A stretch of DNA of 37,192 bases. It comes from Geosiphon pyriformis uo1. Lineage: Eukaryota; Fungi; Glomeromycota. Location: NCBI GenBank assembly GCA_016748015.1, contig JAAOMT010000299.1:432810-470001 (forward strand). The letters run 5' to 3'. The translations under genes were made by a program, and so were the position numbers. Positions 1 through 16,698 of the stretch are shown one piece after another (within the stretch, counting starts at the first letter, position 1; the number at the start of each line of letters is the position of its first letter). The notes beneath the pieces were generated by a model. The model saw only the letters and a list, made by a program, of their open reading frames with translations. It was not told where the DNA came from and did no database searches.

Positions 1-1544
1 GTTTCTTTATACAATTAGCTTGTGAATAAGTTGAAAATATTTAAAATATTTTGCAAAGTAAAAAAAAGCTCCCTCATCTTTTCACAATTACTCCGAGATA
101 ATTAAAAACAAATAACCAAGAAATCGAATATTGGATGAAATTAAGTCACGTATCTTGATTCTGTAATTAAAATTGTTCATTTTGATATTCTCAGTTTTCT
201 TTCGATTGTCCCAACATTTTTAAAACAAGTTGAAATAAAATTAATATCTAACCTTAATTCCTTAAAAATCTTTCATTAAAATAAAAAATTTGTATCAAAC
301 AATTACATATTTTCACAATAAAGGGATGAAACCCACTAATCTTGGTATCGAATTTTATATCGAAATTGTATTTATTGAATTACGATTTTTCTGTTTATTA
401 ATAAAGAATCAAAAGTTAATGTACATGGGAAAATCAGCAATTTTTTTTACAAAACTATCAGTTTGTTTAAATTATACATATTATAAAATATATATATATA
501 TATATATATATATGAAAAGAATAGTTAAACTACTTGAAAAAAAATATCTCTGGATCACTACTGTGGCAGATTTTAATTTTTTTATCACAGATTTATTGGA
601 AATTTAGTTTAGAATTATAAAATTTATTCTCACTTAACGTAATTCAAAAAACCTTTACTTTTATTATTCTAATATTTATTATTTATAATTATTTCACACA
701 AAAATCTTTGATTCTTATAAAAACAAATAGAACTCTACTAAATTTAGGAATTCATTGTATTTTCTAAAACGTGAAAAGTAAAAAATTTGTATATAATTAC
801 TGGAAATCATCAAATATATACAAGAGATTAAAATAAATAAGTTTATTTATAATAATGAATTTTTGAATCATCTACACAACTTTTTTACAAGTAGATTTGC
901 ATTATACAGGAAATCATTTTTTGGAATCAAAAGCCACATAGTTTAAAAAAAAGATACTTATTGGATTTTAAAAAAAAAAAATTCTGTTGAGATCTTTTGG
1001 CAAAGAAAATGTTCGGGATTTTCAGTGATCGTGTTTTGATTTCGGAATCAAAGATTTCGGAATCAATTTCCAACATGTAACCTAATGGAAGATTTTAAAG
1101 AATCAATCCAAAAGAGATCCAACTTGCATAAACAGCTTGTTTACGTAAGACCTTTATACCATTTAAAACAATCCAATTCTATCGTCATCAGGAATATCAT
1201 ATGCTAATTTCCCGATTCGCAACTCAAACAATTAATCCCAAGCTTTGAACACACACAACATGAAGATTTTTATTGTTTGAACCGAGAACGGTTAGACTTT
1301 ATTTTGACAGGTTGTTTTAAATTTGGAGTTTCCCGATCTCAAAGAAATTGCCAAAGAGATGAATATTAAAAAAAAAATTCCGGGTAAAAACAATTCTCGA
1401 ATATCAAACTTTTGATATTGTTGATCATTGATGAACTTTTCAGGTATAAAATCGATCTTTTACTTTTGATTGTTATTAATTTCTACATTTTTCAAACTTT
1501 TTTTCATATCCGAAAATCTGATGTTTTCGGATATTCAACTTTTA

Positions 1545-1606
1545 TTCATTCATTCATTCATTCATTCATCCATCCATCCATCCATCCATCCATCCATCCA
1601 TCCATC
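1545..1606 (+). repeat. Compound tetranucleotide microsatellite (TTCA)n(TCCA)n
   Basis: Directly visible. Confidence 0.95.
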
Positions 1607-2464
1607 CTGGTTTTATACTATAGCTAGATAGGTAATGAAATTTCGGAGGACGTGTTGTCTGCAGATAATTTGGCAATTAATAACAAAGATTCAAAGTTCT
1701 TTATCGATATATCTGATATCAAAAACTTCCTGATATGTAAAAATGATTACATGAATTTTTGTCGATTACTATTTGAAACATTGAAGATATCACGGTTCTC
1801 AAAACAAAATGCTCACCATTATTTCATTCAACTTCTGGCGTCAATCCAAAAGTTGAATGAGATCTTTGCCAATGGTCAATCTTAAACAAATTTATATCTG
1901 GTTATGCCTCCGTAATGTTACCGAATAAGCTTAGAAAACTAACTTGGGAGCGATATTGAATAAATTGAAATTAACCCCAAAGAGCCAAGACAAGCGATTA
2001 CAAATACTGTGGGAAAACTGAAATTATTTAGTTTCCCTTAATACTAAAAAAATATATACTTCTGAAATAAGTTTTTTGAGAAGGGATATCGATGGAATTC
2101 GGGAAAATCGACATTATACTTAATAAAAATGGAAAAAAAAGAGCGGGGTCGATAGTTAAATTTTTTGAAACTTTATCAGGGAACTAAGGAGTTACTTTTT
2201 ACAAATAATTTATTCCATAAAGAGAAAATAAGTGACTTTTTTAAGATTGCTTTCGCTCCCAATTTTTGTATTTCAAAATATTTCTATTTCCTTGATTAGA
2301 AATCATGAATCAAGTTTTTGACTTTAGATCCAATCGTTCACGGAATTCATCTGATCCTCGATATTAAAAGTTGAGCTATCATATGATCCTTTTTTTACAT
2401 CAAAATATAAAAGGCCAAAATAGGGGCGGGTAGCTTATTTTCGCAGTTTATGATCAGAAAGATG

Positions 2465-2586
2465 GACTTATCTTTTGATCCTGCTACCATTTTCAGGATA
2501 TATTTGTCATGTCAAAATTTAGTAGACTTATTTTATATTTTGCCACTATTCCCAATATATTGTCATCTCAAATTTTACTAGACTTA
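2465..2586 (+). repeat. Diverged tandem duplication, unit about 56-60 bp
   Basis: GACTTA...TGC.AC.ATT...ATATA.TTGTCAT.TCAAA.TTTA.TA occurs twice, followed by a third GACTTA. Confidence 0.7.
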
Positions 2587-2924
2587 CCGTAGGTAAAAAT
2601 GACTGAAATTATGAAAAAAAGTATCAATAAACCCAAAATAAAGAAACCAAAAACTTGCGATTAGCAATTTTAAATACTAGAACCAAAATTTCACAAAAGT
2701 TATTAAAAGTTATTAAAAAAAACCCCCTATTTGTCTTGATTAAAATAAAAATTACTCTTTTAGTATAATTGTAAATATATATATATATATAATTCTAATT
2801 TGGTTTAGAATAATAAACGATTTGACGGTAAATTCAACAGGCAAAAAAATAGTTTATATTCAAATTAGAAAAATTGATTTATCATGGTGTTAATAGGTTA
2901 TGTTGATAATTAAATCTTTTAGCA

Positions 2925-2996
<72 letters not shown>

Positions 2997-2997
2997 T
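2925..2997 (+). repeat. (ATT)n microsatellite
   Basis: Directly visible. Confidence 0.97.
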
Positions 2998-3468
2998 TAA
3001 AAAAGAAATTTAGCTAATCTGTTGTATCTATGATTTCTCAAAAATTGAAAATTTTAATATTCTTTGATGTAAATGTGGGTATACATACAGGTTAATAAAA
3101 AGATTTATATGATTTTGACCAAGAAATTTGTATTTAAGTAATGGTATAATAATTTGTTAAAAATTTTCAAAATTACTAAGATTCTAAGAAGTAGGATAAT
3201 GAAATTGGTTTAAAATTTCTTAATAATTCATTGTAAGTAATTTTAGTTTTCAATAGTAAAAACAAGAATGAAACATGAGAAAAATAGATTGATCCATTTG
3301 GGAGTTTATGAATTGAAAAAAGCAGATACATATAATTTTATATTTATTAAAATTGATAAATTAGGAATTTGTAATAAAAATTTTGTTAATATGATAGCAT
3401 ATATTTTTTAATAGCTGGTCACATTTAAAAAATGCATAAAATATATTTATAATATAATATATCTATGT

Positions 3469-3470
<2 letters not shown>

Positions 3471-3502
<32 letters not shown>
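3471..3502 (+). repeat. (TA)n microsatellite; similar tracts near 489-512, 4260-4289, 9173-9195 and 9481-9503
   Basis: Directly visible. Confidence 0.95.
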
Positions 3503-3509
<7 letters not shown>

Positions 3510-4257
3510 CAATTAAATTACATTTAATAAAGAAATTTGATTATATAATATATTTTTATTTTCAAATTTTCAAAATTATTATTATTATTATTATTTTGCG
3601 CTAATTAAATGTGATTCAATTATTATCAATGAGAGATAATTGTTTAATTTTTAAAAATAAATAAATAAATAAAAATGCAATTAGAAAAATTCAACAAATT
3701 AAAAACAATGTTAAAAATATAGATTTAATTTTTATTTTTAATAATTTATGTACAATTTTTTTGATTAATATATATTATAATATTTCAATATTTTATATAA
3801 AAAATTATTTTTACTGTTAAAATATGTTTTATAACAAAAAAATTCTGTTTAAAAATGTAAAATTTATTTCAATTTTTTGTTTAAACACAAGATTTTAAAA
3901 CATATAATTACACACACCAAATAATAAACAAATATTTAAATTTTTTGTTAAAAATATCTTTATAATTACTAATATTATTAATTTTATTTTTTATTTTTTT
4001 TCAGTTATTGTATAAAAAATTTTTATTATTCATTTTTTTAAATAAAATCAATAATATTGTAAGCTAATAAGACCAGTTTTTAATAAATGAATTTTTAATT
4101 GTAAAAACACCATTTTTATTTTAAATAAAAATTTCAAATATATATTGTAAAATTTTAATTTATTGAAACTTGAAAAAAAAATTTTTTTAATAAAAAAAAA
4201 GTAACATATGAAATCTTGTTTAGAAATAATTTATTATTTAAAAATAATTTTATTATT

Positions 4258-4293
<36 letters not shown>

Positions 4294-4381
4294 GGAAATT
4301 TGGTTGAATTTTTTTCATTTTTATAAAATTAGATGATTTTTTTTGCACCCAAAATAAATGATGGCTGGTCACAATAATAAC

Positions 4382-4409
4382 GATGATGATGATGATGATG
4401 ATGATGATG
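4382..4409 (+). repeat. (GAT)n microsatellite
   Basis: Directly visible. Confidence 0.95.
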
Positions 4410-4801
4410 GGTTTTATATATATTACAGATAAGATACTAATAAAACAGCCACAGATTTAGAAATCTGCCAACCGGATGGAAAAAAAATTTCATCGATTCC
4501 AATGTATTATTTAGCCAGTGGCTTGATCATTCTAAATGGAATTCCCAATCGACACAAAGTAGTCCTGAAAGAAAAAAAGATCCGAAATCCAAGTTCATGA
4601 ATTGGGAATGTGATAATAAAGAATTTATACAAAATGACAATAATCTTTTATTCAAATATCTTAATCGTGATTTTTTTTTATTTAATTATGAAGTCGATTG
4701 TGAACCATACACGATCGAATAAATAAAATTTTTTTTTTTTGATTTGAAAACAAAACATCAAGTATAACTTTTGTGATCTTTTTTTTTTTAAATTAAAATT
4801 G

Positions 4802-4845
4802 ATTTTATTTTATTTTATTTTATTTTATTTTATTTTATTTTATTT
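4802..4845 (+). repeat. (ATTTT)n pentanucleotide repeat
   Basis: Directly visible. Confidence 0.92.
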
Positions 4846-5221
4846 AATATATATAAAATAATATGTGAAAAGATGATTTGAATGAGTTTCAAGAAAATAA
4901 AATTGAATAAACTGATAAACTCGCAAAATTTCCAAGTCCTCCCTTCTATGGTTGCCCTTAAATGGTCTCGTATTGTTTCCAAATCGAAAATTTAAAATTA
5001 ACACACAAGTTAACTTTCTAATCTGATTGAGAAACGCTTTTTAGGAAATTAAAAGAAAATATTTTCGGAAGGAAGTTTAAAATTTAATAATATTTGAATT
5101 TGTTGACAAAAAAGAAATTAAATAATTCTCAAGATCAAGTTTTGATAATGGTTTTTCTTGATCAAAACTTATTTGAGGAAGGAAATATAGACAAATGTAT
5201 TTTTAATAAATTTCTTTATCC

Positions 5222-5246
5222 GTTGTTGTTTTTGTTTTTGTTGTTT

Positions 5247-5301
<55 letters not shown>

Positions 5302-5324
5302 AGTTGTAGTAGTTGTAGTTGTTG
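5222..5324 (+). repeat. (GTT)n microsatellite with GTA variants
   Basis: Directly visible; it explains the poly-Leu ORF. Confidence 0.95.
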
Positions 5325-5674
5325 ATATTATTTTTTGATCTGAGCCTCATTCATTATAAATGCACAATTAGGGGTACTCATTCTCGATGGATCAAATGGA
5401 AAGACGATATTATCAAAGTTTTTTTTTTTTTTAAAAAAAAAAATATATATATATTAATAATAATACTTAGATTTCTGTATTGTACTTCTCTTATCGTCTT
5501 TTAAACTTCGATTCAGGGACTTTTTATGTAATTACGAATTTTTATCTTGATTAATTGAGATATAAATCAAAAGGAATTTATTCTGTGTGTTACAGAAACT
5601 TTTTTTTAAATTTTAACGGTCCCTATTAGGTAACAAGACTTTTTATTTGAATAAAAAAATGTTTTTAAACAGAC

Positions 5675-5708
<34 letters not shown>

Positions 5709-5713
5709 AGAAG
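5675..5713 (+). repeat. (GAA)n microsatellite
   Basis: Directly visible. Confidence 0.93.
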
Positions 5714-7289
5714 TCAGATAATAAAAACTCGAATCACAACACGATCGAGAAATGAAACGGAATACTTTATTTTTCTTTTTCCTGTAAATTTATATTTTTT
5801 TCATTTTATCACCAATAAGTTTCAATTTTTTGAATCTGCCTTTTAATCAAATTGGTTTTGACGACTACTTATCACACCCTTTGTTTTTTATCTAAAAGAT
5901 TTTCTATGTGGACAGATCAGTTAAATTTTCGGCCGACTCTTTTATCATTGAGTCTCTTTTCGTAAAAAATCGACAGGTTTTTTAACAATCTGAAAAATTT
6001 GTAATAATAATAATAATAATAATAATAATTTCTAATGCTAGATCATTATTATCTGTTGTATAATATTTTTAAGGTTTAATGAGAATCGAGATAAACTGTA
6101 CTATTTTAGAAATTTTATTTTCTTTCAAAATACGAGAATATTATGTAATTTGTGTTTTTTGACTAATATTAAAAGCTCTTTGTTGCTAATCTTTTTTTGA
6201 AATTGAGGAAACAAAGGGGATTATAAAAAAATTTTTTTTTTTTTCAAAAATGGTAATTCTTGAACGAATTTTTTATTATTAATATATTAAAAATATTTAA
6301 ATTATCATTTTAAAAAAAAGTCTTTTTTTTAAACTTGATATCATTGGTTTTTTTTTTATTGTTAAAATCAACCACTTAAATTAAATAAATAAAAAAAATA
6401 ATGATCTCTTTTTTCAAGTTTTTAAATGAGATTTTCAATTTTCAATTTTCAATTTTCCATTTTATCATAAAATTATATTAAAGTTTAATTTCAAAATTCT
6501 AATGTAAATTATTATTTTAAAAATATATATATAAATATAAACATTTATATACATGCATATATGCACATAAAAATATATAAATATACGTATATATATTTTT
6601 CATCGATTTATTATTTTATTTTATTTTCAAAATCATTTTAAATAACCGAATATTAAACTTCATTTATAAATCAAGGTTTTTTGTTTTTCCTCGATTTCAG
6701 AACACAAAAATTGTTCAAACAAAACTATTACATAAGAACAGATTCACCTTGCATTTTGCATGGAAATCGTAAAACCTGGTATTTGAACAACATTGCTTAC
6801 ATAAAAAATTTACGCAATAATGTTTAGAGTACAAGAAAAACTGGGATACACACATCATTTATCGTTTGTCGTCATCGTGAATATCATATGAAAAAAAAGT
6901 TGTTACGATTTATTGGTAATTTACCGATTTTTATATTTTTCCAAAGTTAAAAAAAAAAAAAAAAAAACTTGAAACATATAATGGCTAAATGAATGAATTT
7001 ATTTCCAATAGTGGTTAGTTATACTTTTTTTTTTTTTTTTGACAGGTCATTTCAAATTTTCGATCTTGATATATATATCCTCGAAAAAGAAAAAGAAAAA
7101 ATTATGTCAAAGAAATTCTTTTTTAATATAAGAAAAAGAAAAAAAACCGGGATTATCCAACAACAAATCAAAGCTCGATCTTATTAAATTATCAGATCTT
7201 GAAAGAAAAAAATACTTTCTTTATGTTGATATCAGATTGGCAATAGATTTTCTTTATTTGAATTTGACCCTAAACAATAATTTCATGAA

Positions 7290-7292
<3 letters not shown>

Positions 7293-7326
<34 letters not shown>
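7293..7326 (+). repeat. (TTA)n microsatellite
   Basis: Directly visible; it explains the poly-Tyr ORF. Confidence 0.93.
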
Positions 7327-8162
7327 CAAAGACCCAAGACCCTATTAATAGTTCAAAAGAAGTATTACATAAAATTTCCTTTCCCAATTTCGATCTGTAT
7401 TTCTAAAGATTATATAATTAAATTCTAAACATATTTGGTTCAAAGAATTAACGTATACTTTTTACAATAAAAGTAAAAGATTAATTCAAATATTTATTAT
7501 ATAATGATATTCATGATATTCATGATCTAAGAATGATTTTTTCCTTTCTCAGTTAATGAACTACTGTCTCATCCTCGATTGTATCAATAGAAAATCTTGC
7601 GCCTTTTTTTTTAAAAAATAAAAATAAAAATAAGGCGGAGGAGGGAAAGAAAGGCGTATCAAAATGATGTCATTTGATGTATGCACGACTAATAATGTAC
7701 AAAGGCACTTGACAGACTTCTAAAAATCTCTTTTATCTACAACATATTCACGATCATATTTGACAGGGAAATCAAAACAACAAGGAAATTTTTCAATCGA
7801 AAGAAACCTCAATAAAAAAAATTGTACGATCTGAAATAATTGTACCCCTTGATTTGATACGAGAATGTCACACTATGAAATCCGTATTCAAAAAAGATAT
7901 CAAGGTTTCATGTGATCCATGAACGAATTATGTATTAAACAAAAATAGTATCACTAAAAAGAGTCTATAATTTTTAAGTCAATGAAAGTAGTTGTTTCTG
8001 GGACGTGTTAAAAGACTTAATTCTTGCTAATTTAAAAAAAGAAATCGACTATTATCTGAGATTCATCCATAATTCCACCCAAAAAATCACTCAATATTGC
8101 CAAAAGAACCCACAAAAAACGATGAAATTTTTTGATGAGATCTGTTTAAGTCCATATCAATT

Positions 8163-8196
<34 letters not shown>

Positions 8197-8309
8197 CTAT
8201 CAAGCTCTCGCAAGATATGAATCTCATTCAAGTTATTTCAATTATATCCCTGATAAGAAACTGAATAATGTTAAACTTTAAAAAAAATTTCGATAAATCA
8301 ATTAATTCG

Positions 8310-8433
8310 AAAATGAATAATCTCTATGATTAATCAAATATCGAGAAAGTTTGTGACCCTTAACCTGTTTCAAAAAAAAATGAATTATCTATATGATTAA
8401 TCAAATATCGAGAAAGTTTGTGACCCTTAACCT
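8310..8433 (+). repeat. Near-perfect tandem duplication, period about 68 bp
   Basis: TATGATTAATCAAATATCGAGAAAGTTTGTGACCCTTAACCT occurs twice, with similar AAATGAAT.ATCT leaders. Confidence 0.9.
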
Positions 8434-8996
8434 CTTGTAAAACCAAATAATGAAAAGCTAAGAAAAATATTGGTTTATTTCGGGTTTTAGAAAAATGTTT
8501 ATTCTTTGAATCAAAGAATTTGATAATCTCCAGATAATTAATTAATTAATTAATTAATTTACAAAATAGTTATTATAGCCAAATTCATTCATTAACGTTG
8601 AATGGTACTGCTATTAAAAAAAAAAAAAAATTTTGAAATATCCTTAAGAAACATTATTTTCGTTACAAATCTCCAAAATAAAAATTATTATATTTATATT
8701 TGAATACAAATATTTTCAACCAAAATATATAATGGTAAAAGTTAAAATATCACAAAAATTTTTTTTGAATTTCATCATTTTGTAAATTTTTTTAAAACGA
8801 TCAAATTTCCCGATTAAAAAGTACTACTACGAAATACTTAAAACTAATAGAATTTCTCTCAAAAAAAAAAAAATCGAAAAATTAAAAAAAAGTAAAATTT
8901 TTATTCACAAGAATCGATTAAACTTTGATTCAATCTTTGCAAAAATAAAAAAATAAAATTTTTTATTCTAACGAGGCTTTTTTTATTATTAAAAAC

Positions 8997-9028
<32 letters not shown>

Positions 9029-9169
9029 TACCGTTTATGGATCTTTTACCAAAAAATTTAATTCATGCAAATCTATTCATTTTTATGATTTTATTTTAAA
9101 TTTTTTTACTTGTATATATACATATTGATAATAAAAACATTAAAAACTTACCTACCAACTACTTTGTGT

Positions 9170-9203
<34 letters not shown>

Positions 9204-9724
9204 TTTTCAAATGTGTAAAAAAAACTTTTTAATAAATTAAATATGAATTTTTTAAAACCTAAACAATTTAAATCAACTCAATTTTATACAGAAATCTCAA
9301 AAGTAAAAAACATAATTTTACAAAATTTTATTCTAAAATACTATTTATTTTATCTTATTTTATTTTATTTTTATTTTTATTTTATTATTTTTTCTTTATA
9401 TACCAAAAATAATAAAATATTTTTAAATACTTGCTAATACTTTTTTTAAAATTAAATTTGCCAAAAAAAATCAAAAAGTTTATATATATATATATATATA
9501 TATGTTTGTTTTTTATCTTTATAAATAAAAATATTTGTTAAAATATTTTAGAATTTTAATGTAAAAAAAAAAAAAATTTAAAACAAAAATTTTAATTACA
9601 ATTACGTATTGAACACAAATTTTATTTTATTGAAAAATCAATCCAATCAAATATAATACATGTGTACTTATCCCAACACATTCTTCTTTTCCTTCAGATT
9701 GCTCACATAACTAGCAGATTTTCA

Positions 9725-11543
9725 ATGGCGAACTCTCCTCCAAACTCTAAAGAACCCGCTACAAGTGGGAGTAGTGGTTTTTCCATGTCGATTCAGACAA
9801 TTAGCACTAAATGGCCAGAAAAAAGACCTAAATTTTTTGAAGAAGAAAAAAAGAAAAAACGTCGTGTAGATGATGAAGGCGAAGAAGAGTTTGACGAAGT
9901 GGTAAAATACATGACAAGTTTCGATAAAAACCAAACTCCAAGGTAAACCTTTAATTGATGTTTGTATTCTTCTTCCGAATTCTACCGAAATTTTGTTAAA
10001 CAGTTTCAACAAACTGACACAGCTCTAAAGATGCAACTGCTGCTTGTTCCCTACGGAATAACTTACCCTAACGGTATTGTATATCCGAAATTCTCCCTCT
10101 ATTTCAGTCATAAAGAAGGTCAGGAAATAAACCCCCTAGTGATCCCGTCTTTAACACTGCCGAACTGGACTGACCGAATTAGTACGATTGCGGCTCAAAG
10201 GCATTCCCTTGGAAAAGAACCTTCAAATATTTCTAAATCCGAATCTTTAAACGTTGTAACCCCCGTCTCTTACGGTTTAATGCCTAAAAATTCTATCCGC
10301 AAAAACTTTTTAAACACCGTCCATGCCCCAAGTGATAATCACAAACCCACTGACTTATTCCAGGATGAAATTCATAATCAAGAAAAAATGCTACGGCAAT
10401 TAGCTTTAGAAGAAATAATGAAAGGTATTATGATTTTATATATTTATATTTCCAAGGAATCATTTATCATTTCCACTTTATTCATCTCTTCTTGATAAGC
10501 TCATCACAATACTCTACATAGGATCAGACAAGGAAGATATTCAAAATGAGAGAGAAACAGATTTGATTTTACCGCAGATTGAAAACAATTATACCCAAGA
10601 TAAAAAAGTCAAAGATGATGATGAAGCTTTTCGGTGTATGATTGATAGCTATCCGGATGAGGTAAATTAAATAAAAATCATTTCAGATTTTTCCCCTCCG
10701 AAATCTTGCGTCCGAGTTTCTGGCACTCTATAACTCATTAATTCTCACCGAAATAAGGCAAAAATAAATTATGAACGCATTCCTATACAAGAATTCGGGG
10801 CAGCACTATTACGCGGTATGGGCTGGAAGCCAGGAATGAGTATAGGGAAAAATCAAACGAATAAGTATGTTAAAAATAATTAAATATCCTTTATATCTGA
10901 CCTCAGTTCCCTAATTAATCCGACTTATATAATACAAAGAGCTCTAAAATTATATGAACCCCAACATCGACCTACCCATTTGGGTCTTGGAGCATCAGTA
11001 CTTCCATCCTCACACTTAATGGAACAAAGGTAGTTGCATATTGTAAATTTTGATTTTTCGTTCAAAACCACAGGCATAATTATAGCCTTATCTTAATCCT
11101 CATTACGTATTCATACAAAGTTTCATTCGTTTCTTATTTGAAGCACAAAATTCCAAAATGTAACTAGTGCAGTGATTCCGAAAAGGGTTGAAAAGGTAGA
11201 TCGAGCACAATCTAACAACCCTGAAAGGGGGATTGATAGGACTCGCGAAGATGAGTCTAAAAAAGATAAAACTCCTAATATTGGGGAAAATTCCCGACAA
11301 TTTCGGAGGACTACGCATGGTGACAGTAATCGACGAGATCATCATTCTAGTCGAAATTATCGGTATGAAAGTCCTGCGAGATCTGAGAGTAGAGGAAAAT
11401 CTGATTTTTCGCCTAATAGAAAAGACGAGTCACATCGGCATAGGAGGTCACGAGATAGTCATGAGAAGGCTTCTGACAAACCAAGAACAAGGGAAGAATA
11501 TAAAAAAGAATATCATTCAAGAAAAGACAAAAGAAAGGAATAG
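9725..11543 (+). CDS. SPP2: Spp2/GPKOW-type G-patch protein (Prp2 co-activator), 6 exons
   Basis: Manual splicing with GT-AG sites and consistent phases gives exons 9725-9942, 10108-10424, 10522-10661, 10758-10864, 10940-11029 and 11144-11543. The protein has the Spp2-type G-patch YPDE-AKINYERIPIQEFGAALLRGMGWKPG...RPTHLGLGA, an N-terminal PLVIP...NW motif and an R/S/D/E/H-rich tail. Confidence 0.88.
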
Positions 11544-11731
11544 CAGATCACCAAGTATACCTATTCCTTGGCCAAGAAGGTAAGCACAGAAAGAAGGTAA
11601 TGTTTTCTTCCTTATATTTGTAATAATGTTTGTGCCAAGCTAACCCTCTTTCGAGTTCAATAAGAGTGAGGCGCTTGGAAGAAAATATATATAGGTAATA
11701 GAAATTCTAAGTTTACTGCTAGTCGATATTT

Positions 11732-16494
<4,763 letters not shown>

Positions 16495-16698
16495 CTTTAC
16501 ACGTTTGAAGCTTTGCAATTCTTGTCATAAGAGTGGATATTATCGAAGATTTTTATAAGGGTCTCACAAATCAAAATGACATAATTGATTACGAAAATCG
16601 CAGAAATTACAAGAACACGCAAATTAGTAATCTTGAAATTTTCTATAAGATGCCATCCTTTCGAAGTCTTAAAAAATTCAAAAAACTTGAATCCCAAA
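16495..16698. promoter_or_regulatory. Probable bidirectional promoter between PRP2 and the UFD1-domain gene
   Basis: Only 204 bp separates the two divergent start codons. Confidence 0.65.

Noticed and set aside
1298-1900. Possible spliced gene remnant (TTGACAG acceptor, VVLNLEFPDLKEIAKEM..., ORF 1652-1885)
   Set aside because: Frames are broken, no family is recognised and no consistent exon chain could be built.
2465-8433. CRISPR-like interpretation of the short duplications
   Set aside because: Only two adjacent copies each, no unique spacers, eukaryotic context.
290-9437. Short ORFs in the left intergenic region (poly-Leu, poly-Tyr, IHPS repeats, F/I/K-rich)
   Set aside because: Explained by microsatellites and AT-rich composition; no recognisable domain.
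9962-10107. Open frame through SPP2 intron 1 suggesting an alternative or poison exon
   Set aside because: A normal GT donor, CTAAC branch point and TTTCAG acceptor join exons 1 and 2 in frame; an internal exon would leave an implausibly short intron of about 34 nt.
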